Assembly (NCBI GenBank): GCA_964547995.1
Contig: CAZJRB010000045.1
Location: forward strand, 1 to 49,399
Reading direction: 5' to 3'
DNA from: an uncultured Planctomycetaceae bacterium
Lineage (GTDB): Bacteria > Planctomycetota > Planctomycetia > Pirellulales > Thermoguttaceae
DNA length: 49,399 nucleotides
Positions 35,774 through 46,311 of the stretch are shown piece after piece. Every line of letters begins with the position of its first letter. Position 1 is the stretch's first letter. A program made the translations under genes and the position numbers. The notes under the pieces are model-generated. The model ran no database searches. It saw nothing but the letters and a program-made list of their open reading frames with translations, and was not told where the DNA came from.

Positions 35774-37939
35774 TCAGGCATTTTGCTTCCGCCCCGCTTG
35801 TTCGAAGAGTTCCTCGATTGCTTCCAGGAGATGATTGCGGCGGATTGCGAAGTCGTCGATGTTGGGCGCCTCGGGCGATGCCTCGATCCGCTCGGCCAGG
35901 GACGTCATCATTGCCCGGTGGCAAAGGGCCTCGATCTCGGCTCCGCTGAAGCCGGTGGTCCGTTCCGCCAGCCACGCGGCCGTCACGCCCGGTTCGACCG
36001 GCCGGTCCCGCATGTGGACTTGCAGTATCTTTTCCCGAGCGGTCTGGTCGGGCATGGGAAGCTCTACTTGGACGTCAAACCGCCCCGGCCGCAGCAGTGC
36101 CGGATCGAGCAAGTCGGGGCGGTTCGTGGCCGCCAGCACGAGCACCCCTTTAAGTTCTTCGATCCCGTCCAACTCCGTGAGAAGCTGGCTGAGAACCCGG
36201 CCGCTGACGCCGGAATCCTCGCGGCCGGAGGAACGCGTCGATGCCATCGCGTCGATCTCGTCGAAGAAGATAATGCAGGGAGACGCCTGACGCCCCTTAC
36301 GGAAAACCTCACGTAGCCCGCGCTCCGATTCCCCCACGTACATCGACAGCAACTCGGGCCCTTTGATCGAGATGAAGTTGACCTCGGTTTCCGAGGCCAG
36401 GGCCTTGGCCATCAGCGTTTTTCCGCAGCCGGGCGGCCCGGTCAGCAGCAATCCCTTCGGCGGGGTCAGGCGGAAGGAACTAAACAGATCGGAGTATTTC
36501 ATGGGCCATTCGACCGCCTCCTTCAACCGCCGCTTGACGTCCTCCAATCCGCCCACGTCGTCCCAAGAGACATCGGGGACCTCGACGAACACCTCGCGGA
36601 TGGCCGAGGGTTCCACTTCCCGCAGCGCTTCTTCCGCATCGCTCATCTTGACTTCCAACTGGGCCAAGACTTCGTAGGGGATTTGCCGCTGCGAGAAATC
36701 GACCTGGGGTAGGATTCGGCGCAAGGCGTTCATGCCCGCTTCCCGGCAAAGGGCGGCCAGATCGGCCCCCACAAAACCGTGCGTGATGGCCGCTAACCGC
36801 AGCAGGTCCACGTCCTCGGCCAAGGGCATCCCCCGGCTGTGGATTTCGAGGATTTCCTCCCGGCCGTGCTGATCGGGGATGGGAATGGAAATCTCCCGAT
36901 CGAACCGTCCCGGCCGCCGCAACGCGGGATCCAACATGTTGGGAAGATTCGTGGCCGCCAGCACGACCACGTGTTCCCGCTGCGACAGCCCGTCCATCAG
37001 TCCGAGCAACTGGGCCACCACCCGCTTCTCCACGTCGCCGATTGCCTTTTCGCGATGCGGCGCGATGGCGTCGATTTCGTCCAGAAAGATGATGCTCGGC
37101 GCCCGGCGGGTGGCTTCATCAAAGATCTTGCGGAGGTGTGCCTCACTTTCCCCTACCCACTTGTGAATCACCTCGGGACCGTTGATCGCGAAGAAATTGG
37201 CGTCGGTTTCGTGGGCGACCGCCCGAGCTATCAGCGTCTTCCCGCAACCCGGCGGACCGAGCAGCAACACGCCCTTCGGGGCCTCGATCCCCAACCGGTC
37301 GAACAATTCCGGGTATTTCAACGGCAGTTCGACGATCTCGCGGATGCGGTCCAACTGGCGTTTCAGACCGCCGATGTCTTCATAGGAAAGCGCCGGCAGC
37401 GACTCCTTGGGCTTGCCGTTGCCCTTGCGGGTCTTCGTGATCTTCAACGTACTGTCGGAAGCAATAACCGTCGGCCCGTCCGGGTTCGTGCTCTTGACCA
37501 GAAAATCGACGTATCGGCTTCCAAAGAGCGTGGCCCGCACGCGATCGCCGGCCACCACCGGCAAACCGTCCAGGAGGATGCCGATATAGTCCAGGTCGCG
37601 GTCTGAAGGTGCGTGCCCCTGGGGATCGAGGACGACCTCTTCGGCCGCCTGGACGGAGACGAGGCGCACCACGGCCGACTCGCCGAGCCCGACGCCGGCG
37701 TTCTGCCGTATGATCCCATCCACTTGGAGGTGCGTCTTGCCACGGTGTTCCTTGAAGGTCGGCAGCAGCTTGCAGACGGTTGCCCGCTTGCCCGCTATCT
37801 GCACCATGTCTCCCACATCAATGCCGAGCCGTTTCATATCGGAAGGGTCGATGCGCGCGATCCCCCGCCCGACGTCCTTTCCAGTCGACTCGCTTACCTT
37901 CAGTACGATTTCCCGAATTGCAGAGGAAGGGTTTGTCAT
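35774..37939 (-). CDS. Cdc48/VCP-like AAA+ ATPase (N-domain plus two AAA domains)
   Basis: Two Walker A sites (GPPGCGKTLIARAVA and GPPGCGKTLMAKALA). Cdc48-N-like GRGIARIDPSDMKRLG. Confidence 0.85.
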   Translation of the reverse strand: MTNPSSAIREIVLKVSESTGKDVGRGIARIDPSDMKRLGIDVGDMVQIAGKRATVCKLLPTFKEHRGKTHLQVDGIIRQNAGVGLGESAVVRLVSVQAAEEVVLDPQGHAPSDRDLDYIGILLDGLPVVAGDRVRATLFGSRYVDFLVKSTNPDGPTVIASDSTLKITKTRKGNGKPKESLPALSYEDIGGLKRQLDRIREIVELPLKYPELFDRLGIEAPKGVLLLGPPGCGKTLIARAVAHETDANFFAINGPEVIHKWVGESEAHLRKIFDEATRRAPSIIFLDEIDAIAPHREKAIGDVEKRVVAQLLGLMDGLSQREHVVVLAATNLPNMLDPALRRPGRFDREISIPIPDQHGREEILEIHSRGMPLAEDVDLLRLAAITHGFVGADLAALCREAGMNALRRILPQVDFSQRQIPYEVLAQLEVKMSDAEEALREVEPSAIREVFVEVPDVSWDDVGGLEDVKRRLKEAVEWPMKYSDLFSSFRLTPPKGLLLTGPPGCGKTLMAKALASETEVNFISIKGPELLSMYVGESERGLREVFRKGRQASPCIIFFDEIDAMASTRSSGREDSGVSGRVLSQLLTELDGIEELKGVLVLAATNRPDLLDPALLRPGRFDVQVELPMPDQTAREKILQVHMRDRPVEPGVTAAWLAERTTGFSGAEIEALCHRAMMTSLAERIEASPEAPNIDDFAIRRNHLLEAIEELFEQAGRKQNA

Positions 37940-37965
37940 GATATGAGAACCTGCTGTATGCGCAC

Positions 37966-38502
37966 CTATTGTTGAAGCCGAATCTCGGAAGTACCGTCCT
38001 TGCAGTCCCGCTGCATCTTGTCCGCATCGGCCAAGTTTTCCAGAGGCGGCCCAGACATCTCCACCGCTGGACCGAAATGGTAAGGCGGCAACGTAGCCCG
38101 AATCCCAGCATGCGCGAAGACCGTCACCCTCCTTTCCTGCCGGTCAAGGTCGTGCAGGAATTCGGCTACCTTCACTTCGCATCGCGACATCCGCCATAGC
38201 AGCGAAGGCCGGTCGTGGAACAACACGCCCAATGGCAGCGGCATAACCGGGCCGTGCGCGACCACCTCGCCGATGATCTGGCGGTGTCGCAGTGCCAGGC
38301 ATCTCAGCCACTGGACATCCTTAACGGTCTTCGCCTCGAACCGTTCCTGGCCGAAACGATCAAAGCCCACGCGGCTGGCCACCGCGGCCAATTGCCCGTG
38401 GCGGATCAACTCGACTTCAAACCGCGCATCGACCCCCGGGCCGATCTTCAGGTCAGGGCAGGTTGCCCAGGCAAATGCGTACAGGTATGTGTGTTCAGCC
38501 AT
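37966..38502 (-). CDS. gas vesicle protein GvpL/GvpF family, short variant
   Basis: N-terminal EHTYLYAFAW and internal LPPYHF. Paralogous to 39363..40178 but lacks ~100 internal aa. Confidence 0.6.
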   Translation of the reverse strand: MAEHTYLYAFAWATCPDLKIGPGVDARFEVELIRHGQLAAVASRVGFDRFGQERFEAKTVKDVQWLRCLALRHRQIIGEVVAHGPVMPLPLGVLFHDRPSLLWRMSRCEVKVAEFLHDLDRQERRVTVFAHAGIRATLPPYHFGPAVEMSGPPLENLADADKMQRDCKDGTSEIRLQQ

Positions 38503-38515
38503 TCTGCTTCCAACC

Positions 38516-38722
38516 CTACTTGCTCAAGCAGCCCTTTGATTCCGCGTGGGAGAGCGCATCCTGCAAAAAATGGATGGCTTGGTGGATTTCCTCGCGATGG
38601 ATAGGGACCTCCCGGGGCCCGCTGAACCCGAGCTTCACCCGGTCTCCCCGCAGTTCCAGCACGGTCAACTCAATTTCCCCAACGATAATCCTTTCGCCTC
38701 GCTTTCGGCTGAGAACCAGCAT
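38516..38722 (-). CDS. csrA: CsrA-family RNA-binding regulator
   Basis: MLVLSRKRGERIIVGEIELTVLELRGDRVKLGFSGPREVPIHREEI matches CsrA end to end. gggagg RBS upstream. Confidence 0.7.
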   Translation of the reverse strand: MLVLSRKRGERIIVGEIELTVLELRGDRVKLGFSGPREVPIHREEIHQAIHFLQDALSHAESKGCLSK

Positions 38723-38768
38723 GATTGCCTCCCTGGCAATGATTGTGACGGATTGTGAAATCGTCGGC

Positions 38769-39308
38769 CTATCGCTGGAGCCGAATCTGCAGAATGCCGT
38801 TCTTGCAGTTCCACTCCATCTGGTCTTTGGCAAAACTCTCGGGCAGAACGACTTCTTTGCGGTAGCGGGTCTCGCCCCGTTTGGCCTCGATGTTGAGTTG
38901 ATCGCCGGCCAGCTCGACCTGGACGTTGTCTTCACTGGCCCCAGGGATCTCGGCCAGCACCAACACGTGGTCTTCTTCCTCGTGGACGTCGACCAGCGGT
39001 TCCCGCACGTCTTCGGCCGGCTTGCCGGGTTTGCCGGGCTTTTTGGGGTGAACGTTTCCGAAGGGCTCGACCTTGAGTTCCTGCTGTCCGCGGTCGCCAA
39101 GCCCCGTCTTTACGTTGATGCCGTAGACGCCCCGGAGTCTTCCGGCGGCGTCTTTGAATTCACCCGACTGGGAAAGCTTTTCGCCCGTCTCCGCCAGCTC
39201 GCCGAGTTTTTCGACGAGGGTTCCCAGTCCGCTGAGGATTCCCCCCAGCTTCAAGGGAACGCCGCCATCTTTCGGTGTGTCTTCGGTATGATCTTCCACT
39301 TTTGCCAT
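38769..39308 (-). CDS. Hsp20/alpha-crystallin-domain protein (GvpH-like position in gvp cluster)
   Basis: ACD core VDVHEEEDHVLVLAEIPGASEDNVQVEL...LPESFAKDQMEWNCKNGILQIRL. ATG 39308 with aaagga RBS. Confidence 0.7.
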   Translation of the reverse strand: MAKVEDHTEDTPKDGGVPLKLGGILSGLGTLVEKLGELAETGEKLSQSGEFKDAAGRLRGVYGINVKTGLGDRGQQELKVEPFGNVHPKKPGKPGKPAEDVREPLVDVHEEEDHVLVLAEIPGASEDNVQVELAGDQLNIEAKRGETRYRKEVVLPESFAKDQMEWNCKNGILQIRLQR

Positions 39309-39362
39309 GAGAGTTTCCTTTCCTAGTGGAGCCGATTTTGGCGACGGGCCGGACAATCCGGG

Positions 39363-40178
39363 TTATATGTTCAACTCGGGACAGAAATGGTAAGCCGGCC
39401 AAGGGCCGGTCACTTCCAACAACAAGCCTTTGGGGCGGACCGCGTTGCGCAGTTGTTCCACCTTTGCCAACCAACGGTCGTTTGCCGAACGAGGCAGCAG
39501 AAACGCGGCGTTCCAAGCCATTTTCTCTTCCCGGCCGGTCAAATTGGCGGACAAATTGCGGACGATACGGCAGCGGTCGGCATGTTGCTCGAGCGTGTTG
39601 GCCACCGCCGTGACTTCCCGTTGCACATGGGAATCCAATTTTCGTTTATTCTGAAGTTCGGTCCGTCTTTGTCTGAGGTATTCAACGCCGGCGCCCCTTC
39701 CGGAGGCGAAATGTGGCGAGGAAGGGGTTGGATGGGCAAGGCATATTCGTGCGTGTTCCCGGTCGACGTAGATCTTCGCTGCCCACTCCTGCCGGTCCCC
39801 GAGTTCACCCAGGAAACCGGCCACGGTGGTCGCACACTGTGTCATTTTATGCAGCAACGAAGCCCGCGAGTTGAAGATCGTGCCGAGTCTCAGCGGCAGG
39901 ACGGGCGACTGGCTGGCGACCTGGGCGACGATCTCGTTGTGCCGCACCGCGATCCGGCTCAACCACGTCACCTCCTCGGCGGTCTTGCCCTCGAGTTGGT
40001 TCACGTTGAACTGGTCCAGCCCCACGCAACTGGACACGGCGGCCACCCGCCCATTGGGGACCAACTCGACGGCAAAACGGGGATCGACGCCCTGGGTGGG
40101 ATCTTTCAACAGATAGCCAGCCCAGGTGAAGGCATACAAATAGTGTTCCTCAGGCATGGTGTCCGTCCAGCTTGGCAA
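39363..40178 (-). CDS. gas vesicle protein GvpL/GvpF family
   Basis: EEHYLYAFTW ... C-terminal GPWPAYHF motif. Confidence 0.75.
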   Translation of the reverse strand: MPSWTDTMPEEHYLYAFTWAGYLLKDPTQGVDPRFAVELVPNGRVAAVSSCVGLDQFNVNQLEGKTAEEVTWLSRIAVRHNEIVAQVASQSPVLPLRLGTIFNSRASLLHKMTQCATTVAGFLGELGDRQEWAAKIYVDREHARICLAHPTPSSPHFASGRGAGVEYLRQRRTELQNKRKLDSHVQREVTAVANTLEQHADRCRIVRNLSANLTGREEKMAWNAAFLLPRSANDRWLAKVEQLRNAVRPKGLLLEVTGPWPAYHFCPELNI

Positions 40179-40688
40179 TACACCCTATTGTACCATCGGT
40201 ATTTCCCACATTACCCTGTACTGTCCCACGTTATATCGCCGTCTATCCACACTGACAAGGCCATTTTCCCCGCGGACGGGTTGCTACGAATAGTCTTCGC
40301 CCAGCACGAGAAGACCCCTGATTTCGGTAATCCTGACAGTGCAACAGGGCCTCTTCACGGGCAAATTGCCCGCAAACCGGTAAGTCTGACGGCTTCGCTT
40401 GACCGCTGCTTTCTGCGGACTAATATTTGGGTAGTTCCGATAAGCTGTGCGGTTTACCTGTCTTTCCTAAAATGGACTAGGTGAAAAAGCCGTGTTCGTT
40501 ATGCAGATATTACGACAAAGCCCGTGGTAAAGCCGAAGAGAAGCTGGAGAAACCCGGGGGACTGCGCCGAACATCATTGAAACAGCCGTTGGGGCAAAAC
40601 TGTGGAAATCAGTTGAGTCAGACCCTCCAGGTGATGTTTGCTTGGGGGATTTACCGGTTGGTCCCTTTTTTATTTAGGAGACTTTGAG

Positions 40689-40907
40689 ATGGCAAACGTG
40701 AAGAAGTCCACCGATTCGTCCAGCTTGGCTGAGGTCGTGGATCGCATCCTTGACAAAGGTATTGTGGTCGACGCTTGGGCCAAGGTATCGCTGGTCGGCA
40801 TCGAGTTGCTGACGATCGAGGCCCGCGCCGTCGTCGCCAGTGTCGAGACGTACCTGAAGTACGCCGAGGCGGTTGGTCTGACGGCCTCGGCCGCCGCGCC
40901 TGCGTAA
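40689..40907 (+). CDS. gvpA: gas vesicle structural protein GvpA
   Basis: [53 protein letters not shown] is near-identical to the GvpA consensus. aggaga RBS upstream. Confidence 0.9.
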   Translation: MANVKKSTDSSSLAEVVDRILDKGIVVDAWAKVSLVGIELLTIEARAVVASVETYLKYAEAVGLTASAAAPA

Positions 40908-41063
40908 GCGGAATCGCCGATCCCGGCAGCCGGCTGGTCCCGACCGCTGCTCCAGCCGGCTGCCGAGAGACGCACCCAGACGAAGGGGCGGAGCAAGTTT
41001 AATCAGTCAACAAACACAAGATGTGCTCACACGCACATCCGCACCCCAATCGAGAGGAACATT

Positions 41064-41387
41064 ATGGCAACTTTTACCGAAGACTTCAGCCGAATGCGCG
41101 AAAAATTCGACCGGGGCCACGAAGGTCGCCACGAATTCATGCGCGAACTGGCGACAAACGAGGCGGAAGGCCATGCACAACGCCAGCAGTTGTACCAGGA
41201 CATTCGGGACGAGATTGCTGAGCTTCAGGAGGAAGCGGTGGCTGTCTGTCATGAGGGCGCCGCGATGTGCAAAAGCCACCACCAGTGGATGGAGGACACT
41301 TGCCGGGAGTTGAAAGACGAACTGGCATCCTTCGGAGCCGATCTGAAGGCCGGTGGCAAGATCTTCCGCGGCGGTTACAGGCGCTAG
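41064..41387 (+). CDS. hypothetical helical protein in gvp cluster
   Basis: gagagg RBS. Acidic/coiled-coil composition. Confidence 0.45.
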   Translation: MATFTEDFSRMREKFDRGHEGRHEFMRELATNEAEGHAQRQQLYQDIRDEIAELQEEAVAVCHEGAAMCKSHHQWMEDTCRELKDELASFGADLKAGGKIFRGGYRR

Positions 41388-41803
41388 TCCGCACGAATCA
41401 AGTCAGGGAAGAACGCGAAAACCCGGCTCGCGAGTGCGGTTGATCATATATGGGACAGTGAGCGGGAAGCGTGGAATGACCATGACTCCGTCTCGGTCAG
41501 TCAACGCCCACTCGTCACTGTCCTTCTGTTTAATGGCGGGTACGCGGAACATGAACACGCAACCGTTGGTCGCGCCGGATGGAACGACGAAACGCTACGG
41601 TGCCCGCGGACGCGGAGTGCCGTACCACACCGTGTGCCTGCTACGCTGAATCGAACGGGCCATGTAAGTTTTTCCGAACGCGCAAGTAGAATAGAGTTCC
41701 CATCGGCCGGTGTCCGATGGTCGTAGTTGAAACCCTACAATTGGCAAACCCCGCAATCTCCGACGGTCGTGCGGGAGAAAACGAGAGCGAAAGGAATCTG
41801 CTG

Positions 41804-42829
41804 ATGGCCACGGTATCCGAGAATACGAGGAGCGATCCGGAGTTGCGCAACCTGGCATCGTCGGACCTCATTGACGAGGCGGCCATGCATTTACGCGACG
41901 CGATGGACGAACGGCCGGACAACGGTGCCCGAATAAGGCTTGAGCCGAGCGACGAATTCGTCATGACGCTGCGGATCGAAGGATTGGCCGAGCGGGCAAT
42001 GCGGTACCTGGGGGCAGGGTTCGCAGTCAATCTGGAGGGTCTGGCAGGCAGCGGCAAAACCACGCTGGCCCTGCACCTGGCCGAACGAATCGGCCGGCCC
42101 GTGAGCCTCATTCACGGTGATGACGAGTTCGGCAGCTCCGACCTGATCGGAAGCGACCGGGGGGTCCGCAAGAGCAAGAGCATCGACAACTTCGTCCACT
42201 CGGTCCTGAAGACCGAGGAAACGACACGCAAGGTTTGGGTCGACAACCGGTTGACCATCGCGGTGTGCGAGGGCCATACGCTGGTCTACGACGAGTTCAC
42301 GCGAAGCCGGCCCGAGGCCAACAACGTCCTGCTAAGCATCCTTAGCGAAGGCATTCTGAACCTGCCCAAACTCCGCCACACGGGCGAGGGTTATCTCAAG
42401 GCGCATCCGGAATTCCGGGCTATCTTCACCTGCAACCCGGAGGAGTATGCGGGGGTACACCGCGGCCAAGACGCGCTGCTCGACCGGCTCATCCCCATTC
42501 GCATGGACGACTATGACCGCGAGACTCAGGTGGCCATCACCCGGGCGAAGAGCGGCATTTCGCCAGAGGACGCCGGGCGAATCGTCGACATCGTCCGCCA
42601 CTTCCGCGATCTGGACGGTTTCACCCACCGGCCAAGTGTCCGGGCGGCAATTATGATCGCCAAGGTAACAGTCTACCGAGGCGCGCCCTGCCTGCCCGAC
42701 GATCCGATCTTTCAACAGACGTGCCGCGACGCGCTCGGTCTGGAAGAGCCGCGAAAGGACACAGGCAAGAAACCCTTCTCCGACGAGGAGGTGCAGAAAG
42801 GTATCCACAAGGCTTGGGAGTCCGAATGA
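41804..42829 (+). CDS. gvpN: GvpN-type AAA+ ATPase (CbbQ/NirQ/GvpN family)
   Basis: GLAGSGKTTLALHLAERIGRPVSLIHGDDE ... VYDEFTRSRPEANNVLLSIL. Confidence 0.75.
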   Translation: MATVSENTRSDPELRNLASSDLIDEAAMHLRDAMDERPDNGARIRLEPSDEFVMTLRIEGLAERAMRYLGAGFAVNLEGLAGSGKTTLALHLAERIGRPVSLIHGDDEFGSSDLIGSDRGVRKSKSIDNFVHSVLKTEETTRKVWVDNRLTIAVCEGHTLVYDEFTRSRPEANNVLLSILSEGILNLPKLRHTGEGYLKAHPEFRAIFTCNPEEYAGVHRGQDALLDRLIPIRMDDYDRETQVAITRAKSGISPEDAGRIVDIVRHFRDLDGFTHRPSVRAAIMIAKVTVYRGAPCLPDDPIFQQTCRDALGLEEPRKDTGKKPFSDEEVQKGIHKAWESE

Positions 42830-42884
42830 CGGGAATCCGCCGTTTGCCGGATCGGGCACGAACAGAAAAGGAGGAGATTCAATC

Positions 42885-43208
42885 ATGAGAAGCGTACCCC
42901 GGAGAACGGCGACGAACATCCGTTCGTCGAAAAACGCCCGGCTCGGTCATGGGACAAGCGCACGGCGAAAGTATGACCGGTTGGCCAAACTGGCATTCGA
43001 GAGGGCACACCTCAACAAGGACACACAACGAGCCAGCGAGCGGGTTAGCAATAATCAGAAACGGCTGGATGAAATCGAAGCCGAAGAGGCCTACTTGCTG
43101 GCGTCGATTCAGGCCGCGCGGGAAGGCAGACCCGTTCCGCCGGAAATCAAACAGCGGCCAAGATCAGCCAGACACGAGAACGGGACAGACTTCGTCCTGA
43201 GGTATTGA
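42885..43208 (+). CDS. hypothetical basic protein in gvp cluster
   Basis: Strong aaggagg RBS. Confidence 0.45.
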   Translation: MRSVPRRTATNIRSSKNARLGHGTSARRKYDRLAKLAFERAHLNKDTQRASERVSNNQKRLDEIEAEEAYLLASIQAAREGRPVPPEIKQRPRSARHENGTDFVLRY

Positions 43209-43251
43209 AGTATTTGTCGCGGGAGCCGTTCAACAGCGGGAAGGTGAAATC

Positions 43252-43671
43252 ATGTCTGACTACGTCGACAGAGTGTTGGGACTCAAGCCCCCCGGTAAAG
43301 AACCCGAACAAGAGCGCGGTACGCGCAAACGCTACTGGCGTCCGAAACGCCCCCCCGCCACGCAACAACGAGAATTGAAATACGTCGACTCGGTGCGTTG
43401 CGGGTACTGCCAGGGTATGGGCGAAGACGATTGCGGCGGTATTTGCAACGTTTGCAGCGGTAACGGCGAAGTGACCGTCGAACCACCCGTTATCACCTGT
43501 TTGGAATGCCGCGGAGACGGACACGGCAAAGGTTCGTTGACCTGTCTTGCCTGCCAGGGGATCGGCGTGGTCTCGGTCTCTGAAAACGCAACCATCTGCT
43601 CTCATTGCCAAGGGAGCGGAGAAGACGGCGTCTTCGGTTGTATGTACTGCAAGGGGCAGGGAGTTTGCTAA
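43252..43671 (+). CDS. DnaJ-type zinc-finger protein (6x CxxCxGxG)
   Basis: CGYCQGMG, CNVCSGNG, CLECRGDG, CLACQGIG, CSHCQGSG, CMYCKGQG. Confidence 0.55.
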   Translation: MSDYVDRVLGLKPPGKEPEQERGTRKRYWRPKRPPATQQRELKYVDSVRCGYCQGMGEDDCGGICNVCSGNGEVTVEPPVITCLECRGDGHGKGSLTCLACQGIGVVSVSENATICSHCQGSGEDGVFGCMYCKGQGVC

Positions 43672-43704
43672 CACCGGACCAAACGGCCACGCAAAACCGT
43701 TGGA

Positions 43705-44034
43705 TTGGGAGTCATGAACATGGCGCTGGAAAACCTTGGCCTCGATGTGGACAAGCCCTCCGTGCTCGCCGTGCAGAAGGCCGCAGAGGCGTTTCTGGCG
43801 GAATCGCTTCCCGACGTGCAGAGAGTCAATATCGTCAAGCTGGTCCCGATTGATCCGTACGAAGGGACCTGGGAGGTGGAAGCAGAGGTGTTTCAGCCCA
43901 ACGAGACCATCACCTCGTTGGGGATCGAGACCCAGCGGCCGGTCTTGGACAAGACCCTGTACCTAGTCCGCCTCGATCGCGCGTTGGAGGTCCAGGCGTA
44001 CGGGTTGAGTGACTCGGTGACCACACAACAATGA
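43705..44034 (+). CDS. hypothetical protein in gvp cluster
   Basis: ORF with plausible start. No recognised motif. Confidence 0.4.
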   Translation: MGVMNMALENLGLDVDKPSVLAVQKAAEAFLAESLPDVQRVNIVKLVPIDPYEGTWEVEAEVFQPNETITSLGIETQRPVLDKTLYLVRLDRALEVQAYGLSDSVTTQQ

Positions 44035-44076
44035 CGCCCGCTGCGGCGACAACAGCTCAACGGAAGGAGTAATTCG

Positions 44077-44268
44077 ATGAAAGTGAATTGCGTCTCGTGC
44101 GGTCACGTTATTGACCTGCGGGACTCCTACGACAACTACGAGGGCCAGATCAAGTGCTTCACGTGCGGATCGCTGTTGGACATCCGCACCGAGGACGGCC
44201 AAGTCAAGCATGTTGAGATCGACCGAGAGTTACTCCAGACGTTCCGCGGAGGAAAACGTGACCGGTAG
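44077..44268 (+). CDS. small zinc-ribbon protein (CxxC...CxxC)
   Basis: MKVNCVSCGHV...CFTCGSL. Confidence 0.35.
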   Translation: MKVNCVSCGHVIDLRDSYDNYEGQIKCFTCGSLLDIRTEDGQVKHVEIDRELLQTFRGGKRDR

Positions 44269-45022
44269 CGCGAATACGATCGACACAGGGCTGTATTTGT
44301 ACGGGATCACGCGGGCGAAGGGCGCCCCCGCCATTCGCACCAGCGGCGTCACCGGGGGGAGCGTTGGCCTGCTGGTGGAAGGCGAGCTAGCCGCAATCGT
44401 GACCCCGCTGATCGCCGAGAAGATCCGCCCCCAACGGACAAACCTGGCGGCCCACAATGACATCGTGCGAGAGCTGGCCGAGCACCGGGCGGTGCTGCCA
44501 GCCGCCTTCGGTACGGTCGTCGAGAGCGAGGAGGAGTTGCACAATGTGCTGGACCGCAACTGCGACGAGTTGCTAGATCGGCTCCGGCTCCTGGAAGGCA
44601 AGGACGAAATCCTCCTGAAGGTGTACTGGGAAACCTCGAACGTCTTCGAGTACTTCGTGGCAAACCACAAGGAACTCAAGCGGCTGCGCGACCAGTTGTT
44701 CAAGCCGGGCAAGGTGCCATCGGTCAGCGAGAAAATCGAACTGGGCAGGGCCTTCGATGCGGTGCTCCAGGAAAGCCGCGATCGCCACACCGAACGGGTG
44801 ACCAGGGCGCTGTCCCGCTATTGCACCGATATCCGGTCGATCGACGTGGGCGGAGAAAAGATGATCATGAAGCTGGCGTGCCTGGTGGCCAGGGACCGCT
44901 CGGAGGAATTCGAGGAAGCGATCAAGCAAGTTGCCTCGCAGTTTGACAACCATTACACGTTCGAATACGGCAATCCAACGGCACCCTATGATTTCGTCGA
45001 CGTCAATTTGCAGTTGAAGTAG
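44258..45022 (+). CDS. gas vesicle protein GvpL/GvpF family (GTG start)
   Basis: GLYLYGITR N-terminus. C-terminal NPTAPYDFV motif. ggagga RBS 5 nt upstream of GTG 44258. Confidence 0.65.
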   Translation: MTGSANTIDTGLYLYGITRAKGAPAIRTSGVTGGSVGLLVEGELAAIVTPLIAEKIRPQRTNLAAHNDIVRELAEHRAVLPAAFGTVVESEEELHNVLDRNCDELLDRLRLLEGKDEILLKVYWETSNVFEYFVANHKELKRLRDQLFKPGKVPSVSEKIELGRAFDAVLQESRDRHTERVTRALSRYCTDIRSIDVGGEKMIMKLACLVARDRSEEFEEAIKQVASQFDNHYTFEYGNPTAPYDFVDVNLQLK

Positions 45023-45095
45023 TCATTGCCGGGTCGGGCAGGGACGCCCACGGGACCGGATATGTTTGAAAAACCACGGAAGGACATCTTTTACC

Positions 45096-45458
45096 ATGGC
45101 GTTTCTCATCGACGATCTCTTCCTGTTGCCCTTCAAGTCCGTCTGCGACGGCATTATGGAGGCGGTCGAGCAGGATCTCCAGAGCCAGGAAGCGGAGATC
45201 ATGGCTGCCCTGACACAACTGCACCGGCGGCTCGAATCGGGCGAGATCGACCAGGAGGAGTTTGACGAGGAGGAGACGGCACTGCTGGATCGACTTGAGA
45301 ATGTGCAGAAGCTGCTTCACCCTGAGCCGCCTCTGACGAAGACAGAAAGGCTGAAGAAACACTTCCCGGAGGAGTTTGAAGAGGATGAGCCGAAGAAATC
45401 AGACTGGGAGAGCGGACCGGGACCTGAAGGTGATTGGGGGCCACGATTGCCCGAGTAA
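45096..45458 (+). CDS. gvpG: gas vesicle protein GvpG
   Basis: MAFLIDDLFLLPFKSV...EIMAALTQLHRRLESGEIDQEEFDEEETALLDRLE matches the GvpG pattern. Confidence 0.65.
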   Translation: MAFLIDDLFLLPFKSVCDGIMEAVEQDLQSQEAEIMAALTQLHRRLESGEIDQEEFDEEETALLDRLENVQKLLHPEPPLTKTERLKKHFPEEFEEDEPKKSDWESGPGPEGDWGPRLPE

Positions 45459-45556
45459 GGATCTCCGCCACAAGGCGGAATGAATCCGGGAACGTTTCCC
45501 CAAGATTCCCGCGATCACTGGTCGCGGCTTTGTAGAAGAAGACGAAAGGACATGTC

Positions 45557-45817
45557 ATGGAGAAAGCAGAGCCGTCACGGCCCGACATAAACAGAATTCC
45601 CGAAACCACCGCGGGCGACGACGACACGCTGGTGGAGGTGCTGGATCGGGTGCTGGACACGGGCGTTGTGGTGGTCGGCGATCTGAACATCTCGGTGGCC
45701 GATGTCGAGTTGATCTGCCTGCGGCTGCAATTGGTGCTCTCGTCGGCAGAGACGGCCCGGCAGGCAGGCTTGCTCGATTCGGCGCAGCATTCTTGCCCCG
45801 AAGTCCAACCGGCATAA
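45557..45817 (+). CDS. gvpJ: GvpA/GvpJ-family gas vesicle protein (GvpJ/S-like)
   Basis: LVEVLDRVLDTGVVVVGDLNISVADVELICLRLQLVLSSAETA. Confidence 0.7.
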   Translation: MEKAEPSRPDINRIPETTAGDDDTLVEVLDRVLDTGVVVVGDLNISVADVELICLRLQLVLSSAETARQAGLLDSAQHSCPEVQPA

Positions 45818-45841
45818 AGGCATTCTTGGCGGAGATGACCC

Positions 45842-46306
45842 ATGACAGAATCAGCCACCGTCACCGTCACCGACACCGCCATCGGCACGCTGTTTCCCGA
45901 CTTCCCCGAGGTACACCCGAACGGAAAACAGGTAACGCGGAAGGCGCTGCGGGAGTTGCCGGCGAAGCTCAGATCCAAGCCGGAGAACATCGGCAACGGG
46001 CCATCGAAACCGAAATCCAATCCGGAGAACATCCGCAATAGCTCGTCGAAGCTGAAATTCAATCCGGAGAACGTCCGCAACGGGCTGGCGAAACTCGTCC
46101 TGACGCTGGTAGAGATGATCCGGGAGTTACTGGAACGCCAGGCGATACGCCGGATCGACGCGGGGTCGGTTACCGAGGAGGAAACCGAGCGAATGGGGGA
46201 AACGTTCGCCCGGCTTGCGGAGGAAATCGAAAGACTCAAGAACTATTTCGGCTTTACCGACGAAGACCTCAACCTTGACCTGGGACCGCTCGGCAAGGTG
46301 CGCTAG
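45842..46306 (+). CDS. gvpK: gas vesicle protein GvpK with internal tandem KPENIxNG repeats
   Basis: GLAKLVLTLVEMIRELLERQAIRRID ... EDLNLDLGPLG. Repeats SKPENIGNG, SNPENIRNS, FNPENVRNG. Confidence 0.7.
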   Translation: MTESATVTVTDTAIGTLFPDFPEVHPNGKQVTRKALRELPAKLRSKPENIGNGPSKPKSNPENIRNSSSKLKFNPENVRNGLAKLVLTLVEMIRELLERQAIRRIDAGSVTEEETERMGETFARLAEEIERLKNYFGFTDEDLNLDLGPLGKVR

Positions 46307-46311
46307 CGAGA

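Noticed and set aside
39387-40484. 365-aa plus-strand ORF
   Set aside because: It is antisense to the well-supported gvpF/L gene (39363-40178), has artefact-like composition and no RBS.
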